The translations under genes and the position numbers were made by a program. This document shows, one piece after another, positions 1 to 9,009 of a DNA stretch of 64,000 nucleotides (its first letter is position 1; the number at the start of each line of letters is the position of its first letter). Where the stretch lies: NCBI GenBank assembly GCA_965224025.1, contig OZ245033.1, positions 3,008,001-3,072,000 of the forward strand, read 5' to 3'. Source of the DNA: Candidatus Multivorans sp. (GTDB taxonomy: Bacteria > Acidobacteriota > Thermoanaerobaculia > Multivoradales > Multivoraceae). Below the pieces are notes generated by a model, which had not been told where the DNA came from, did not search any database, and saw only the letters and a list, made by a program, of their open reading frames with translations.

Positions 1-2
1 GC

Positions 3-1460
3 TCGGCAGCGTGGGTCGCGGGCAGCTTCGCCGTCTTCTACATCCTCTTCTTCGATCCACTGGGCATGCATCCGCTGGACGGGTGGCTGGAACGGACGGT
101 CGGCTACCGGACAGGGTCGATGGCGATGGGCGGCGGTGAGGAAGCCTCGGCGTCCGGCGGCGAACGCGAAGTCGTCTTCTACCGGAATCCGATGGATCCA
201 ACGATCACCTCGCCGGTGCCGGCCAGGGACGAGATGGGCATGGACTACGTGCCGGTGTACACGGACGAGGCGGAGCGGGCGCTGGGCGCCGGAACGACCG
301 TCACGATCGACCCGGTCGTGGTCCAGAACATGAACGTCCAGACGGAGATGGTCGAGAAGGGGGATCTCCGCCACGAGATCAGGACCGTCGGCTACCTCGA
401 GTACGACCAGGAGCGGATGGTCACCGTGACGACGAAGTACGACGGCTGGGTCGAGAAGGTCCACGTCAACTACGTCGGCGAGCCGGTCACGAAGGGCGAG
501 GGGCTGTTCGAGGTCTACTCGCCGGAGCTGGTCCAGACCGCGCATGAACTGCTGTCGGCGATCCGGTACGCCGCCAGGCTGGGCAACGCGCCGGGCGACG
601 CCCGGCTGCATGCCGAGGCCCTGGTGGAAGCGGCGCGGACGCGGCTCGCGTTCTGGGACATCTCCGCGGAGCAGATCGCTCGGCTCGAGGAGACGGGCGA
701 GATCTTCCGGACACTGACGGTGACCGCGCCCGCGGGCGGTCTGGTGATGAAACGGATGCCGGGTCTCGAGGGCATGGCGGTGACGCCGGGCATGGAGGCG
801 TACCACATCGCCGACATCACCTCCCTGTGGCTGTCGGTCGAGGTCTTCGAGGACCAGGTGGTGTGGATCCGTCCCGGCACCGAGGCGGAGGTGACCTTTA
901 CCTACTTCCCGGGCGAGACGATCCGCGGCACGGTCGAGTTCATCGAACCCGAACTGTCGGAACAGACCCGGACCCTGACGGTCAAGATCGCCGTGCCGAA
1001 TCCGGACGGCCGCCTGCGCAAGGGGATGTTCGCCACCGTGGTCTTCGATCCAGTGATCGTACGCGGAGCGGTGACGGTTCCGAGCGAGTCGGTTCTGCGG
1101 ACCGGACGCCGCAACGTCGTCATCACGGCGCTGGGCGACGGCCGCTTCAAACCCCGGGAAGTCGAGCTGGGCCATGCGCACGGAGGGCTGGTGGAAGTGC
1201 ATTCGGGCCTGGAGGCGGGCGACCGGATCGTGACGTCGTCGCAATTCCTGCTGGACTCGGAGTCCAAGCTGCGCGCGGCGGTGCAACAGATGCTGAGCGG
1301 CGCCGCGACGCCGGCGGCAGGTCGTGAAGGCCACGAGATGGGCGGGATGGACCAGGACGAGGATCACGCGGGCCACGACATGGGCCACCAGGGTGACGCG
1401 GTTGCCGAACCCGAGGACGCGCCCGAACCGCGCCAAGTGCACGAGAACGACGGCAGGTGA
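3..1460 (+). CDS. cusB: CusB-like RND efflux periplasmic adaptor subunit (5' end probably outside the window)
   Basis: Heavy-metal-binding motif YRNPMDP...DEMGMDYVP, membrane-fusion-protein body, His/Met-rich tail; frame open upstream of the ATG at 66 back to the window edge. Confidence 0.88.
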   Translation, partial: SAAWVAGSFAVFYILFFDPLGMHPLDGWLERTVGYRTGSMAMGGGEEASASGGEREVVFYRNPMDPTITSPVPARDEMGMDYVPVYTDEAERALGAGTTVTIDPVVVQNMNVQTEMVEKGDLRHEIRTVGYLEYDQERMVTVTTKYDGWVEKVHVNYVGEPVTKGEGLFEVYSPELVQTAHELLSAIRYAARLGNAPGDARLHAEALVEAARTRLAFWDISAEQIARLEETGEIFRTLTVTAPAGGLVMKRMPGLEGMAVTPGMEAYHIADITSLWLSVEVFEDQVVWIRPGTEAEVTFTYFPGETIRGTVEFIEPELSEQTRTLTVKIAVPNPDGRLRKGMFATVVFDPVIVRGAVTVPSESVLRTGRRNVVITALGDGRFKPREVELGHAHGGLVEVHSGLEAGDRIVTSSQFLLDSESKLRAAVQQMLSGAATPAAGREGHEMGGMDQDEDHAGHDMGHQGDAVAEPEDAPEPRQVHENDGR

Positions 1461-1464
1461 TCCG

Positions 1465-4400
1465 ATGCTGAACCGGCTCATCGAGTGGTCCCTGCGCAAC
1501 CAGTTGCTGGTCGCGGCGGGACTGGTCCTGGCCGTCGCGGCCGGGGTGTGGTCGGTTCGGACCACGCGCATCGACGCGATACCCGACCTGTCGGACGTGC
1601 AGGTGATCCTCTACACGGAGTTTCCGGGGCAGGCGCCCCAGGTGGTCGAGGACCAGGTGACCTACTCGATTACCTCGACGATGCTGTCGGTGCCGTACGC
1701 CAAGGTCGTGCGCGGCTACTCGTTTTTCGGCTTCTCCTTCGTCTACGTCATCTTCGAGGACGGCACGGACCTCTACTGGGCGCGCTCCCGGGTGCTCGAG
1801 TCCGTGGCCGGGCTCGGGAGCAGGTTGCCGCCGGGCGTGTCGCCGCAGCTCGGGCCGGACGCCACCGGCGTGGGCTGGGCCTTCATGTACGTGCTCAACT
1901 CGGACTCGCGGTCCCTGGCGGATCTCCGCTCGCTCCAGGACTGGTACCTGAAGTACGGCCTGCTGGCGGTCGAAGGGGTGTCGGAAGTGGCCTCGATCGG
2001 CGGCTTCGTGCGCCAGTACCAGGTCGAGGTGGATCCGGTCCGCCTCCGAGCTTACGGTCTCTCCCTGCCGGTCGTGCGGCGGGCGATCCAGGAGTCGAAT
2101 GCGGACGTCGGCGGTCGCCTGATCGAGGTGGCCGAACGCGAGTACATGGTGCGCGGCCGCGGCTACGTGCGGGAACTGCGGGACCTGGAGACGATCGTCC
2201 TGGCGTCCGGCCCCGGTGGGGTTCCGGTGCTGGTCCGGAACGTGGCGAACGTGACGATCGGACCGGAGATCCGCCGCGGCCTCGCCGACTGGAACGGCGA
2301 GGGCGAGACGGTGGGCGGCATCGTCGTCGTCCGCTCGGGCGCCGACACCCGCGCAACGATCGAGCGGGTGAAGGAACGCCTGGCCGAGCTGGCCGGCGGC
2401 ATGCCCGACGACGTCGAGATCTCGGTGGCCTACGACCGGAGCGGACTGATCGAGCGCTCCATCGAGACGCTGACGGACACCCTGCTCGAGGAGTCGATCG
2501 TCGTCGCGGTGGTCTGCCTGGTCTTCCTGTTCCACTTCCGTTCCGCGCTGGTGCCGATCCTGGCCATTCCGGTCTCGGTCCTGCTCGCCTTCGTCGTGAT
2601 GCGGGCCCAGGGCCTCGGCTCGAACATCATGTCGCTCGGCGGCATCGCGATCTCGATCGGCGTGCTCGTCGACGCCTCGATCGTCATGGTCGAGAACGTC
2701 CACCGGCACCTCGCGACACACAAGGGGAAACGGTCCCATTTCGAGATCGTCCTGCGGGCTGCCCAGGAAGTCGGCCCGACGCTGTTCTTCAGCCTGCTGG
2801 TCATCACGGTCTCCTTCCTGCCGGTGTTCACGCTGGAGGCCCAGGAGGGTCGGCTGTTCAAGCCGCTGGCGCTGACCAAGACGTACTCCATGGCGATGGC
2901 GTCCGTGGTCGCGGTGACCGTGGTGCCGGTGTTGATGTTCTGGTTGGTGCGCGGGCGAATCGTCCCGGAAGACCGCAATCCCGTGTCACGGTTCCTGCGC
3001 TTCGTCTACCGCCCGCTGGTGGCGGGAGCCGTTCGGCTCCGCTGGCTGGTCATCGTGCTGATGATCGGCATGCTTGCTTCGAGCCTCGCGCCGCTCAAGC
3101 GCATCGGCTCCGAGTTCATGCCGCCGCTGTGGGAAGGCGACCTGCTCTACATGCCGACGACGCTACCGGGCGTGTCGATCGGGAAGGCGCGGGAGATCGT
3201 TCAGCAGACGGACCGGATCATCCGCAGTTTCCCGGAAGTGGAGACCGTGTTCGGCAAGGTCGGCCGGGCGGAGACGGCGACCGATCCGGCGCCGCTGTCG
3301 ATGCTGGAGACGACGATCGTTCTGAAGGACCAGGACGAGTGGCGTCCCGGCCTGACCCCGGACGGCCTGATCGCCGAACTCGACCGGGCGCTCCAGTTCC
3401 CCGGTCTCACGAACTCCTGGACGATGCCGATCAAGACCCGGATCGACATGCTTTCCACCGGGATCAAGACGCCGGTCGGGATCAAGCTCGGCGGCCCGGA
3501 CCTTGTGACCCTGGAGCGGCTCGCCGAGCAGGTCGAGGCGGTCGTCAAGCCGCTTCCGGGAACACTCTCGGCCTACGCCGAACGGGTCATGGGAGGCGCC
3601 TATCTCGATTTCGACATCGACCGGGAGGCGGCGGCCCGCTTCGGCCTGCGGATCGCCGACATCCAGGACACGATCCAGTCCGCGGTGGGCGGCATGAACG
3701 TGTCCTGGACCGTCGAGGGCCTGGAGCGGTACCCGATCAACCTGCGCTATCCGCGGGAACTGCGGGACGACCCCGAGGCGCTCGAGCAGATCCTGGTCAC
3801 CGCGCCCGGCGGCGCCCAGGTGCCGCTCGGCCAGGTCGCGGCGATCGAGTTCCGCGACGGGCCTCCCGGGATCAAATCCGAGGGAGCGCGGCCGAACGCG
3901 TGGGTATACGTGGACCTGGAGAGCAGCGACATCGGCGGCTGGATCCGCCGCGCTCGCGAGGAAGTGGCGGACAAGGTGGAGCTGCCTCCGGGTTACACGC
4001 TCCTCTGGTCGGGGCAGTACGAGTACATGGAGCGTGCGCGCGACCGTTTTCTGCTCATCGTGCCGCTCACCTTCGTCCTGACCTTCGCGCTGCTGTACCT
4101 GAGCACCCGCTCGGTGATCAAGACCGCGTTCATTGTCTCGGCCGTGCCGTTCTCGCTCGTCGGATCGGTCTGGCTGCTGGATCAGCTCAACTACAACTGG
4201 TCCGTCGCCGTCTGGGTGGGGATGATCGCGCTCGCGGGACTGGCGGCAGAGACGGGGGCCGTGATGCTGCTCTACCTCGATCTCGTATACAACGAACGGA
4301 AGGGCGCTGGAGCGATGGAGACCCTGCGCGATCTCCGCGAGGCGGTGATCCAGGCCGCGGTGCAGCGGATCCGGCCGATCACGATGACCGTGTTGACGAC

Positions 4401-4578
4401 CTTCATCGCCCTCGTGCCCATCCTGTGGGCGACCGGCACCGGCGCCGACGTGATGAAACGGATCGCGGCGCCGATGGTCGGTGGCCTGATGACGGTCTTT
4501 CTCGCGGTGACGTTCGTGTTTCCGGCGCTCTACTTCGTCTGGCGGTCGATGGGGCTCAGGCGATCAACGGCGAAGTGA
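1465..4578 (+). CDS. cusA: CusA/CzcA family heavy-metal efflux RND permease
   Basis: MLNRLIEWSLRN start, DAIPDLSDVQVI, GPDATGVGW, EGDLLYMPTTLPG, MPIKTRIDMLSTG (conserved Met residues of the Cu/Ag type); directly follows cusB. Confidence 0.93.
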   Translation: MLNRLIEWSLRNQLLVAAGLVLAVAAGVWSVRTTRIDAIPDLSDVQVILYTEFPGQAPQVVEDQVTYSITSTMLSVPYAKVVRGYSFFGFSFVYVIFEDGTDLYWARSRVLESVAGLGSRLPPGVSPQLGPDATGVGWAFMYVLNSDSRSLADLRSLQDWYLKYGLLAVEGVSEVASIGGFVRQYQVEVDPVRLRAYGLSLPVVRRAIQESNADVGGRLIEVAEREYMVRGRGYVRELRDLETIVLASGPGGVPVLVRNVANVTIGPEIRRGLADWNGEGETVGGIVVVRSGADTRATIERVKERLAELAGGMPDDVEISVAYDRSGLIERSIETLTDTLLEESIVVAVVCLVFLFHFRSALVPILAIPVSVLLAFVVMRAQGLGSNIMSLGGIAISIGVLVDASIVMVENVHRHLATHKGKRSHFEIVLRAAQEVGPTLFFSLLVITVSFLPVFTLEAQEGRLFKPLALTKTYSMAMASVVAVTVVPVLMFWLVRGRIVPEDRNPVSRFLRFVYRPLVAGAVRLRWLVIVLMIGMLASSLAPLKRIGSEFMPPLWEGDLLYMPTTLPGVSIGKAREIVQQTDRIIRSFPEVETVFGKVGRAETATDPAPLSMLETTIVLKDQDEWRPGLTPDGLIAELDRALQFPGLTNSWTMPIKTRIDMLSTGIKTPVGIKLGGPDLVTLERLAEQVEAVVKPLPGTLSAYAERVMGGAYLDFDIDREAAARFGLRIADIQDTIQSAVGGMNVSWTVEGLERYPINLRYPRELRDDPEALEQILVTAPGGAQVPLGQVAAIEFRDGPPGIKSEGARPNAWVYVDLESSDIGGWIRRAREEVADKVELPPGYTLLWSGQYEYMERARDRFLLIVPLTFVLTFALLYLSTRSVIKTAFIVSAVPFSLVGSVWLLDQLNYNWSVAVWVGMIALAGLAAETGAVMLLYLDLVYNERKGAGAMETLRDLREAVIQAAVQRIRPITMTVLTTFIALVPILWATGTGADVMKRIAAPMVGGLMTVFLAVTFVFPALYFVWRSMGLRRSTAK

Positions 4579-4749
4579 TCCGGTTCAGGCCCGCGATTCG
4601 GTTGTTGAGGTTAGACTTTCTCCCGCCGGGTCAGGCGTAATGCCCCGCCCCGTCCGTCCGGCGCCCTTGCCGACTCTGTTTTCGGCTTCCTTGCCGACAT
4701 CGGCACGCTGCTCCCATGTGACATCCCGCGCGGAGTGGAGGACACGACG

Positions 4750-5457
4750 ATGACGACGAATGAACCGAAGGAGCGCTCCGACGCTCCCGCCACGCCTGGC
4801 GAAGCCTGGGCGATCCTGAACCGCACAGTCGAGCTGATGGCGGAGAACGAATCCAGGGCGGAGAAGCGGCGGGCCGAGGAGGCGAAGCGGCGGGCCGAGG
4901 AGGCGAAGCGGCGGGCCGAGGCGGACAACAGGCGGCGGGCCGAGGCGGACAGGCAGATGGCCGAGTTGAAGGAGCGAATGCTGGAGACCGACCGGCAGAT
5001 GAAGGAGACCGACCGGCGGCTCAAGAAGGCGGAAGACCTGTTCACATCGCAGTGGGGGAAGCTGATGGAGAGCCTGGTCGAAGGCGACCTCGTGCCACTG
5101 CTGAAACAACGCGGCATCGAGGTGGAACGGACACTTCAGCGAATGACGGGGCGCCGGAACGGAGAGCACTTCGAGATCGACATCGTCGCGGCGAACGGCT
5201 CGGAAGCCGTGGTTGTCGAGGTCAAGACGACGCTGAGGTCCGAAGACGTCACCGACTTCCTGGGCAAGCTCTCCCAGTTCGTGGAGTGGTCGCCGGAGTA
5301 CCGGGAAAGTCGGGTCTACGGCGCGGTGGCTTACCTCAGGAGCGATGCTTCGGTGACGAAGTACGCGGTGCGGCGAGGGTTGTTCGTCATCCGGGCGACC
5401 GGCGACAGCGCGAGCATCGTCAACGAGCTGGACTTCAGACCCCGCGTCTTCTCCTGA
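4750..5457 (+). CDS. Coiled-coil + PD-(D/E)XK restriction-endonuclease-like protein (DUF3782-like)
   Basis: N-terminal heptad repeats (AEEAKRR, ETDRQMK), WGKLMESLV, EIDIVA..VVVEVKTTL nuclease-fold motif. Confidence 0.75.
   Translation: MTTNEPKERSDAPATPGEAWAILNRTVELMAENESRAEKRRAEEAKRRAEEAKRRAEADNRRRAEADRQMAELKERMLETDRQMKETDRRLKKAEDLFTSQWGKLMESLVEGDLVPLLKQRGIEVERTLQRMTGRRNGEHFEIDIVAANGSEAVVVEVKTTLRSEDVTDFLGKLSQFVEWSPEYRESRVYGAVAYLRSDASVTKYAVRRGLFVIRATGDSASIVNELDFRPRVFS
4862..5025 (+). repeat. In-frame 21-bp tandem repeats
   Basis: GAAGCGGCGGGCCGAGGAGGC about 3 times plus variants, then GAGACCGACCGGCAGATGAAG-type unit twice. Confidence 0.85.
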
Positions 5458-5520
5458 CGCGGTTCGACTCCCCGCGCAGCGTCGTGCCGGTTGGGGGGCC
5501 GTCGAGTTCGAGGAGACCCT

Positions 5521-6156
5521 TCAGGAGAATGTCGGCTTGATCAGGGATTCATCGTCGTTCCGGTAGTTGCCGACCCGCTTCGATACGGAATAGAACTCGA
5601 GGTCGCCGGTGTACGTCTCGATCTGCTCGCCCAAGGTATCTGGGTCCTGTAGCGGACCGTCCAACCACTGTTCGCACGGCGGCTGGGCGATCACCGGCAT
5701 CCGGTCATGGATCCGTGTGATCGCCTTGCCGGCGGGGCAAGTCATGATCGTGCAGGCGAGGCCGTCGGGCGTCCGGTTCCAGACCCCGGCGAAGCCGAAG
5801 GGTCCGCCGCCGGGCATGCGGATGTAGTGGGGCAGGCGGGAGCCGTCGGGCTGCGGTTGCCACTCGTATCAGCCGTCGGCGACGACGAGGCAGCGCCGCC
5901 GGCTCAGGAGGGTGCGGAAACCGGGCGCTTCGACCGCGGTGTCGTCGCGGAGGTTGATCTGGGGACCGCCGCGCTTCCTTGGCAGGCCCCAGCGCATGGT
6001 TCCAAGGGCGCGTCGGCCTTCATGCTTCAGCGCGACCACCGCGGCGTCCTGGGTCGGCGCGATGTTGTATCGGGGCTCCAGGTCCGGCAGTTCTTCCAGC
6101 TCGAAGTGGTCGGCTACGGTTCGTGCTTTCGAGCGGAGGGTGTACCGGCCGCACAT
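5521..6156 (-). pseudogene. SOS response-associated peptidase (SRAP/YedK family) interrupted by an in-frame TGA
   Basis: MCGRY start, RYNIAPTQ, RCLVVADG-TGA-YEW, IHDRMPVI; the two ORFs share a frame and are separated only by the stop at 5869-5871. Confidence 0.85.
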
Positions 6157-6262
6157 GGGATCGGATGATACGGCTCGTTCACCCGACTCCCAGGTCCAGG
6201 TGCCGGACATGTACCTGTTCGGCGACTCCCGCGATAGTACCGAGTGGCGTTATCATGAGGCG

Positions 6263-6544
6263 GTGATCAGGAGCTTCCGCGACAGAGGGAGCGAGAAGCT
6301 CTTCCACCGGGAGAGGAACCGCGCGGTTCCAGGGAGCCTCAGGAAGGCTGCGCTTCGGAAGCTGCTGATCCTGGACGCCGCGGAGAGGCTCGAGGATCTG
6401 AGAGTGCCACCCGGAAATCGATTGGAGAAGCTCAAGGGCGACCGAGCCGGCCAACACAGCATCCGCATCAACGACCGGTACAGGATCTGCTTCTTCTGGA
6501 AGAACGCGGGCGCCGATGCCGTCGAGATCGTCGACTACCACTAG
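6263..6544 (+). CDS. higB: HigB-like toxin (plasmid maintenance killer, RelE/ParE superfamily)
   Basis: MIRSF..., DLRVPPGNRLEKLKGDRAGQHSIRINDRYRICF...VEIVDYH. Confidence 0.92.
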   Translation: MIRSFRDRGSEKLFHRERNRAVPGSLRKAALRKLLILDAAERLEDLRVPPGNRLEKLKGDRAGQHSIRINDRYRICFFWKNAGADAVEIVDYH

Positions 6545-6550
6545 GAGCGC

Positions 6551-6859
6551 ATGATGGCGAAGAAAGTACTGGAGCCGATCCACCCGGGCCGGATCTTGCT
6601 CGACGAATTCTTGGTGCCCCTCAGTCTGAGCCAGTACCGGCTCGCCAAGGGCATCAGTGTGCCCCCCCGCCGGATCAATGAAATAGTCCACGGAAAGCGG
6701 TCCGTGACAGCGGACACGGCGCTTCGCCTCTCGCGCTTCTTCGGCACCAGCGATCGGTTCTGGCTCAATCTCCAGACGCGTTTCGATCTCGAAGTGGAGA
6801 AGGATCGCTTGGGCGAGTTGCTCGAGGCTCAGGTTGAGGTGCTCGCGAGAGCGGGCTGA
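6551..6859 (+). CDS. higA: HigA family antitoxin
   Basis: PIHPGRILLDEFL..., RINEIVHGKRSVTADTALRL..FFG...FWLNLQ; downstream of higB. Confidence 0.92.
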   Translation: MMAKKVLEPIHPGRILLDEFLVPLSLSQYRLAKGISVPPRRINEIVHGKRSVTADTALRLSRFFGTSDRFWLNLQTRFDLEVEKDRLGELLEAQVEVLARAG

Positions 6860-6934
6860 TGAACCGGTCCAATCGCTTGCCAGGACCGCTCGCCGCTCGC
6901 TTGAGGGCGTGCCTCCCCATGCTACGAGACACTG

Positions 6935-7465
6935 GTGGCTACACGGTTGCTCGAGCCGCCCGACATGCGAATCGGGCTCGGTTGGGTCACTCGCCGCGGA
7001 CATGGCCGCGAGCTCCACTGGCACAACGGCGGCACCGGCGGCTACCGTTCGTTCCTGGGCTTCGACCTTGAGTCGCGGACCGGCGTCGTCGTGCTGTCGA
7101 AGTCCGGCGACAGCGTCGACGACCTGGGTTTTCACCTCCTGGACTCGCGCTACCGGCTCGTCGTGCCGCCGGCGCTGCGGACCGCGGTCGAGGTGGATCC
7201 GGCGCTCTACGACGCCTACGTCGGCCGGTACCAGCTCGCCGAGAACCTCGTCTTCACCGTTACACGGCAGGGCGATCGGCTGTTCGTCCAACTAACCGGG
7301 CAACCGCGCTTCGAGGTGTTCCCCGAGTCCGAGACGAAGTTCTTCCTGCGCGTCGTGGACGCGCAGATCACGTTCGGGCGCGCTGATGACGGCTCGGTGG
7401 ACCACCTCGTGTTGCACCAGAACGGGGTGGACCAGCAGGCTGGGCGGATCGTGGGAGACGACTGA
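6935..7465 (+). pseudogene. C-terminal remnant of a serine hydrolase/beta-lactamase with DUF3471-like domain
   Basis: GLGW...WHNGGTGGYRSFLGF...GVVVLS followed by YVGRYQL...LFVQLTGQP; the SxxK catalytic half is missing. Confidence 0.75.
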
Positions 7466-7557
7466 AGTCGCTGTACGCTCCAGGCGAGCGACGTATTGAA
7501 GCGGAAGATCGCCATCGGGTCGCGGGTCCCTGGCCCCGAAGAACGATCGCAGTGATG

Positions 7558-7817
7558 GCCTGCAGTTGCGTAGAGAAGCACGTCTACGGTGTCGCTGTGT
7601 CTCTGGGTGCGCGGGTCTTCCGGCCCGCATCAAGCGCGATGCGGCGAAGCCGCGAGCCCGAGTTGTTGTATCCCGGGAGGTTTGTGGCGCCAGAGGAGAA
7701 GGAGCCGGCCTTCGGCCGGCGCGTTTTCTGACCGCCTTCGGCGGATGCGGACCAGAGGGTCCGCGCACCCAGCGCACGGTCGTTGCCGTGTTGTGGCTCT
7801 CTACTGCAGTTGGCAGG
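7558..7817. repeat. Inverted doublet of REP-like palindromes (REPIN/MITE-like)
   Basis: CTGGGTGCGCGG-hairpin-CCGCATC at 7603-7631 (+) and 7744-7772 (-), each preceded by GTAGAGA; related copies at 8890-8915, 14795-14820 and 26693-26721. Confidence 0.7.
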
Positions 7818-7883
7818 TCGATGGCGCGCTGAAGGGCTCTTACCGCAACCGCGACCGGCGTATCGCGAGCGGTAGAACCCTAC

Positions 7884-8828
7884 TCATGGCGCCAGCACCG
7901 ATTGGATGATCAGCTCCCTGACTGCCTCGACATCCGTGTCCCACACGATGTCGCTCGCGGGTGGACTGGTCGGTCCGATCGCTCTGATGAGAGCAGCCGG
8001 GCGGAGGTCGGCCACGGTCATGCCGCGAGTGTGCTTGCCTTGGACCTCGACGGCCACGGGATGACGGGACCGCTCGAACAGATGGGGGTGGGGTGCCGCG
8101 ATGGCGGCGGTCGCGTCATGCACGGGGACGACGGATTGCCCGACGTACTGCCGGAATCGGTCGCGCAGAAAGTCGATCAGGCCGGCGGCGAACTCGGCCA
8201 CCGGCGTACCGCCCGCCCGCATTCGTGCCGTCTCGTCGTCTCCGAAGACGACCTTGTTCGTTACGTCGAGGCCGACCATGGTCACCGGCGCGGCCTTCTC
8301 GAACACGACGGCCGCCGCCTCCGGGTCGGCCCAGATGTTGAACTCGGCGACCGGTGTGATGTTGCCGGCGCCGGTGCTGCCGCCCATGATCGTCAAGCCG
8401 GCAAGGTGGCGTCGGAGGTCCGGGTCGCGTTTCAGTGCCAGCGCGACGTTGGTCAACGGGCCGATCGCCAGCAGGTGCAGGTCGTCGACGGAGCGGGCGG
8501 TATCGCAGATGTAGGCGACCGCATCGTCGGACGCTTCGGATCGGGTCGGATCGGGCAGGACCGAATCGCCCAGGCCGCTGGCCCCGTGAATCCGGCTCCC
8601 GTCCACTGGATGGCCCGCGAGCGGTCCGGCAGCACCCCGGTGAACCGGTACGTCCACACCGGCAAGCTGCGCGACCGCGAGCGCGTTGCGGGTCGTGCGG
8701 CCAATCCCGACGTTGCCGGCTACGGTCGTGATCCCGACGAGTTCGGCGTGGTGCGCCGCCGCCAGAAGCGCGATCGCGTCGTCGAGTCCGGGATCGCAGT
8801 CCAGGATGAGTTTCTTGCGAGGCGGCAT
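7884..8828 (-). CDS. Inosine-uridine preferring nucleoside hydrolase
   Basis: LILDCDPGLDDAIAL, GPLTNVA, AEFNIWADPEAA, HDA motifs. Confidence 0.93.
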   Translation of the reverse strand: MPPRKKLILDCDPGLDDAIALLAAAHHAELVGITTVAGNVGIGRTTRNALAVAQLAGVDVPVHRGAAGPLAGHPVDGSRIHGASGLGDSVLPDPTRSEASDDAVAYICDTARSVDDLHLLAIGPLTNVALALKRDPDLRRHLAGLTIMGGSTGAGNITPVAEFNIWADPEAAAVVFEKAAPVTMVGLDVTNKVVFGDDETARMRAGGTPVAEFAAGLIDFLRDRFRQYVGQSVVPVHDATAAIAAPHPHLFERSRHPVAVEVQGKHTRGMTVADLRPAALIRAIGPTSPPASDIVWDTDVEAVRELIIQSVLAP

Positions 8829-9009
8829 GGCACTACGGTAGCGCCCTGGTGCGCTGCCGACGACACTGGCTAGGCCGACTTTCACGCCGGATGCGGGCGA
8901 GACGCCCGCGTGCCATCCGTGCGCCCGATGACGGGCGCACGGAGTGGCTCGCGGGTGGCGCGGATCGCGCCACCCGGGTTCCCAGGGACAGGACGGCGTC
9001 GTTCTGCCG

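Noticed and set aside
5455-5480. GACGCGGTTCGACTCCCCGCG resembling a tRNA/tmRNA T-arm
   Set aside because: No acceptor stem, CCA or remaining cloverleaf; more simply a hairpin between convergent genes
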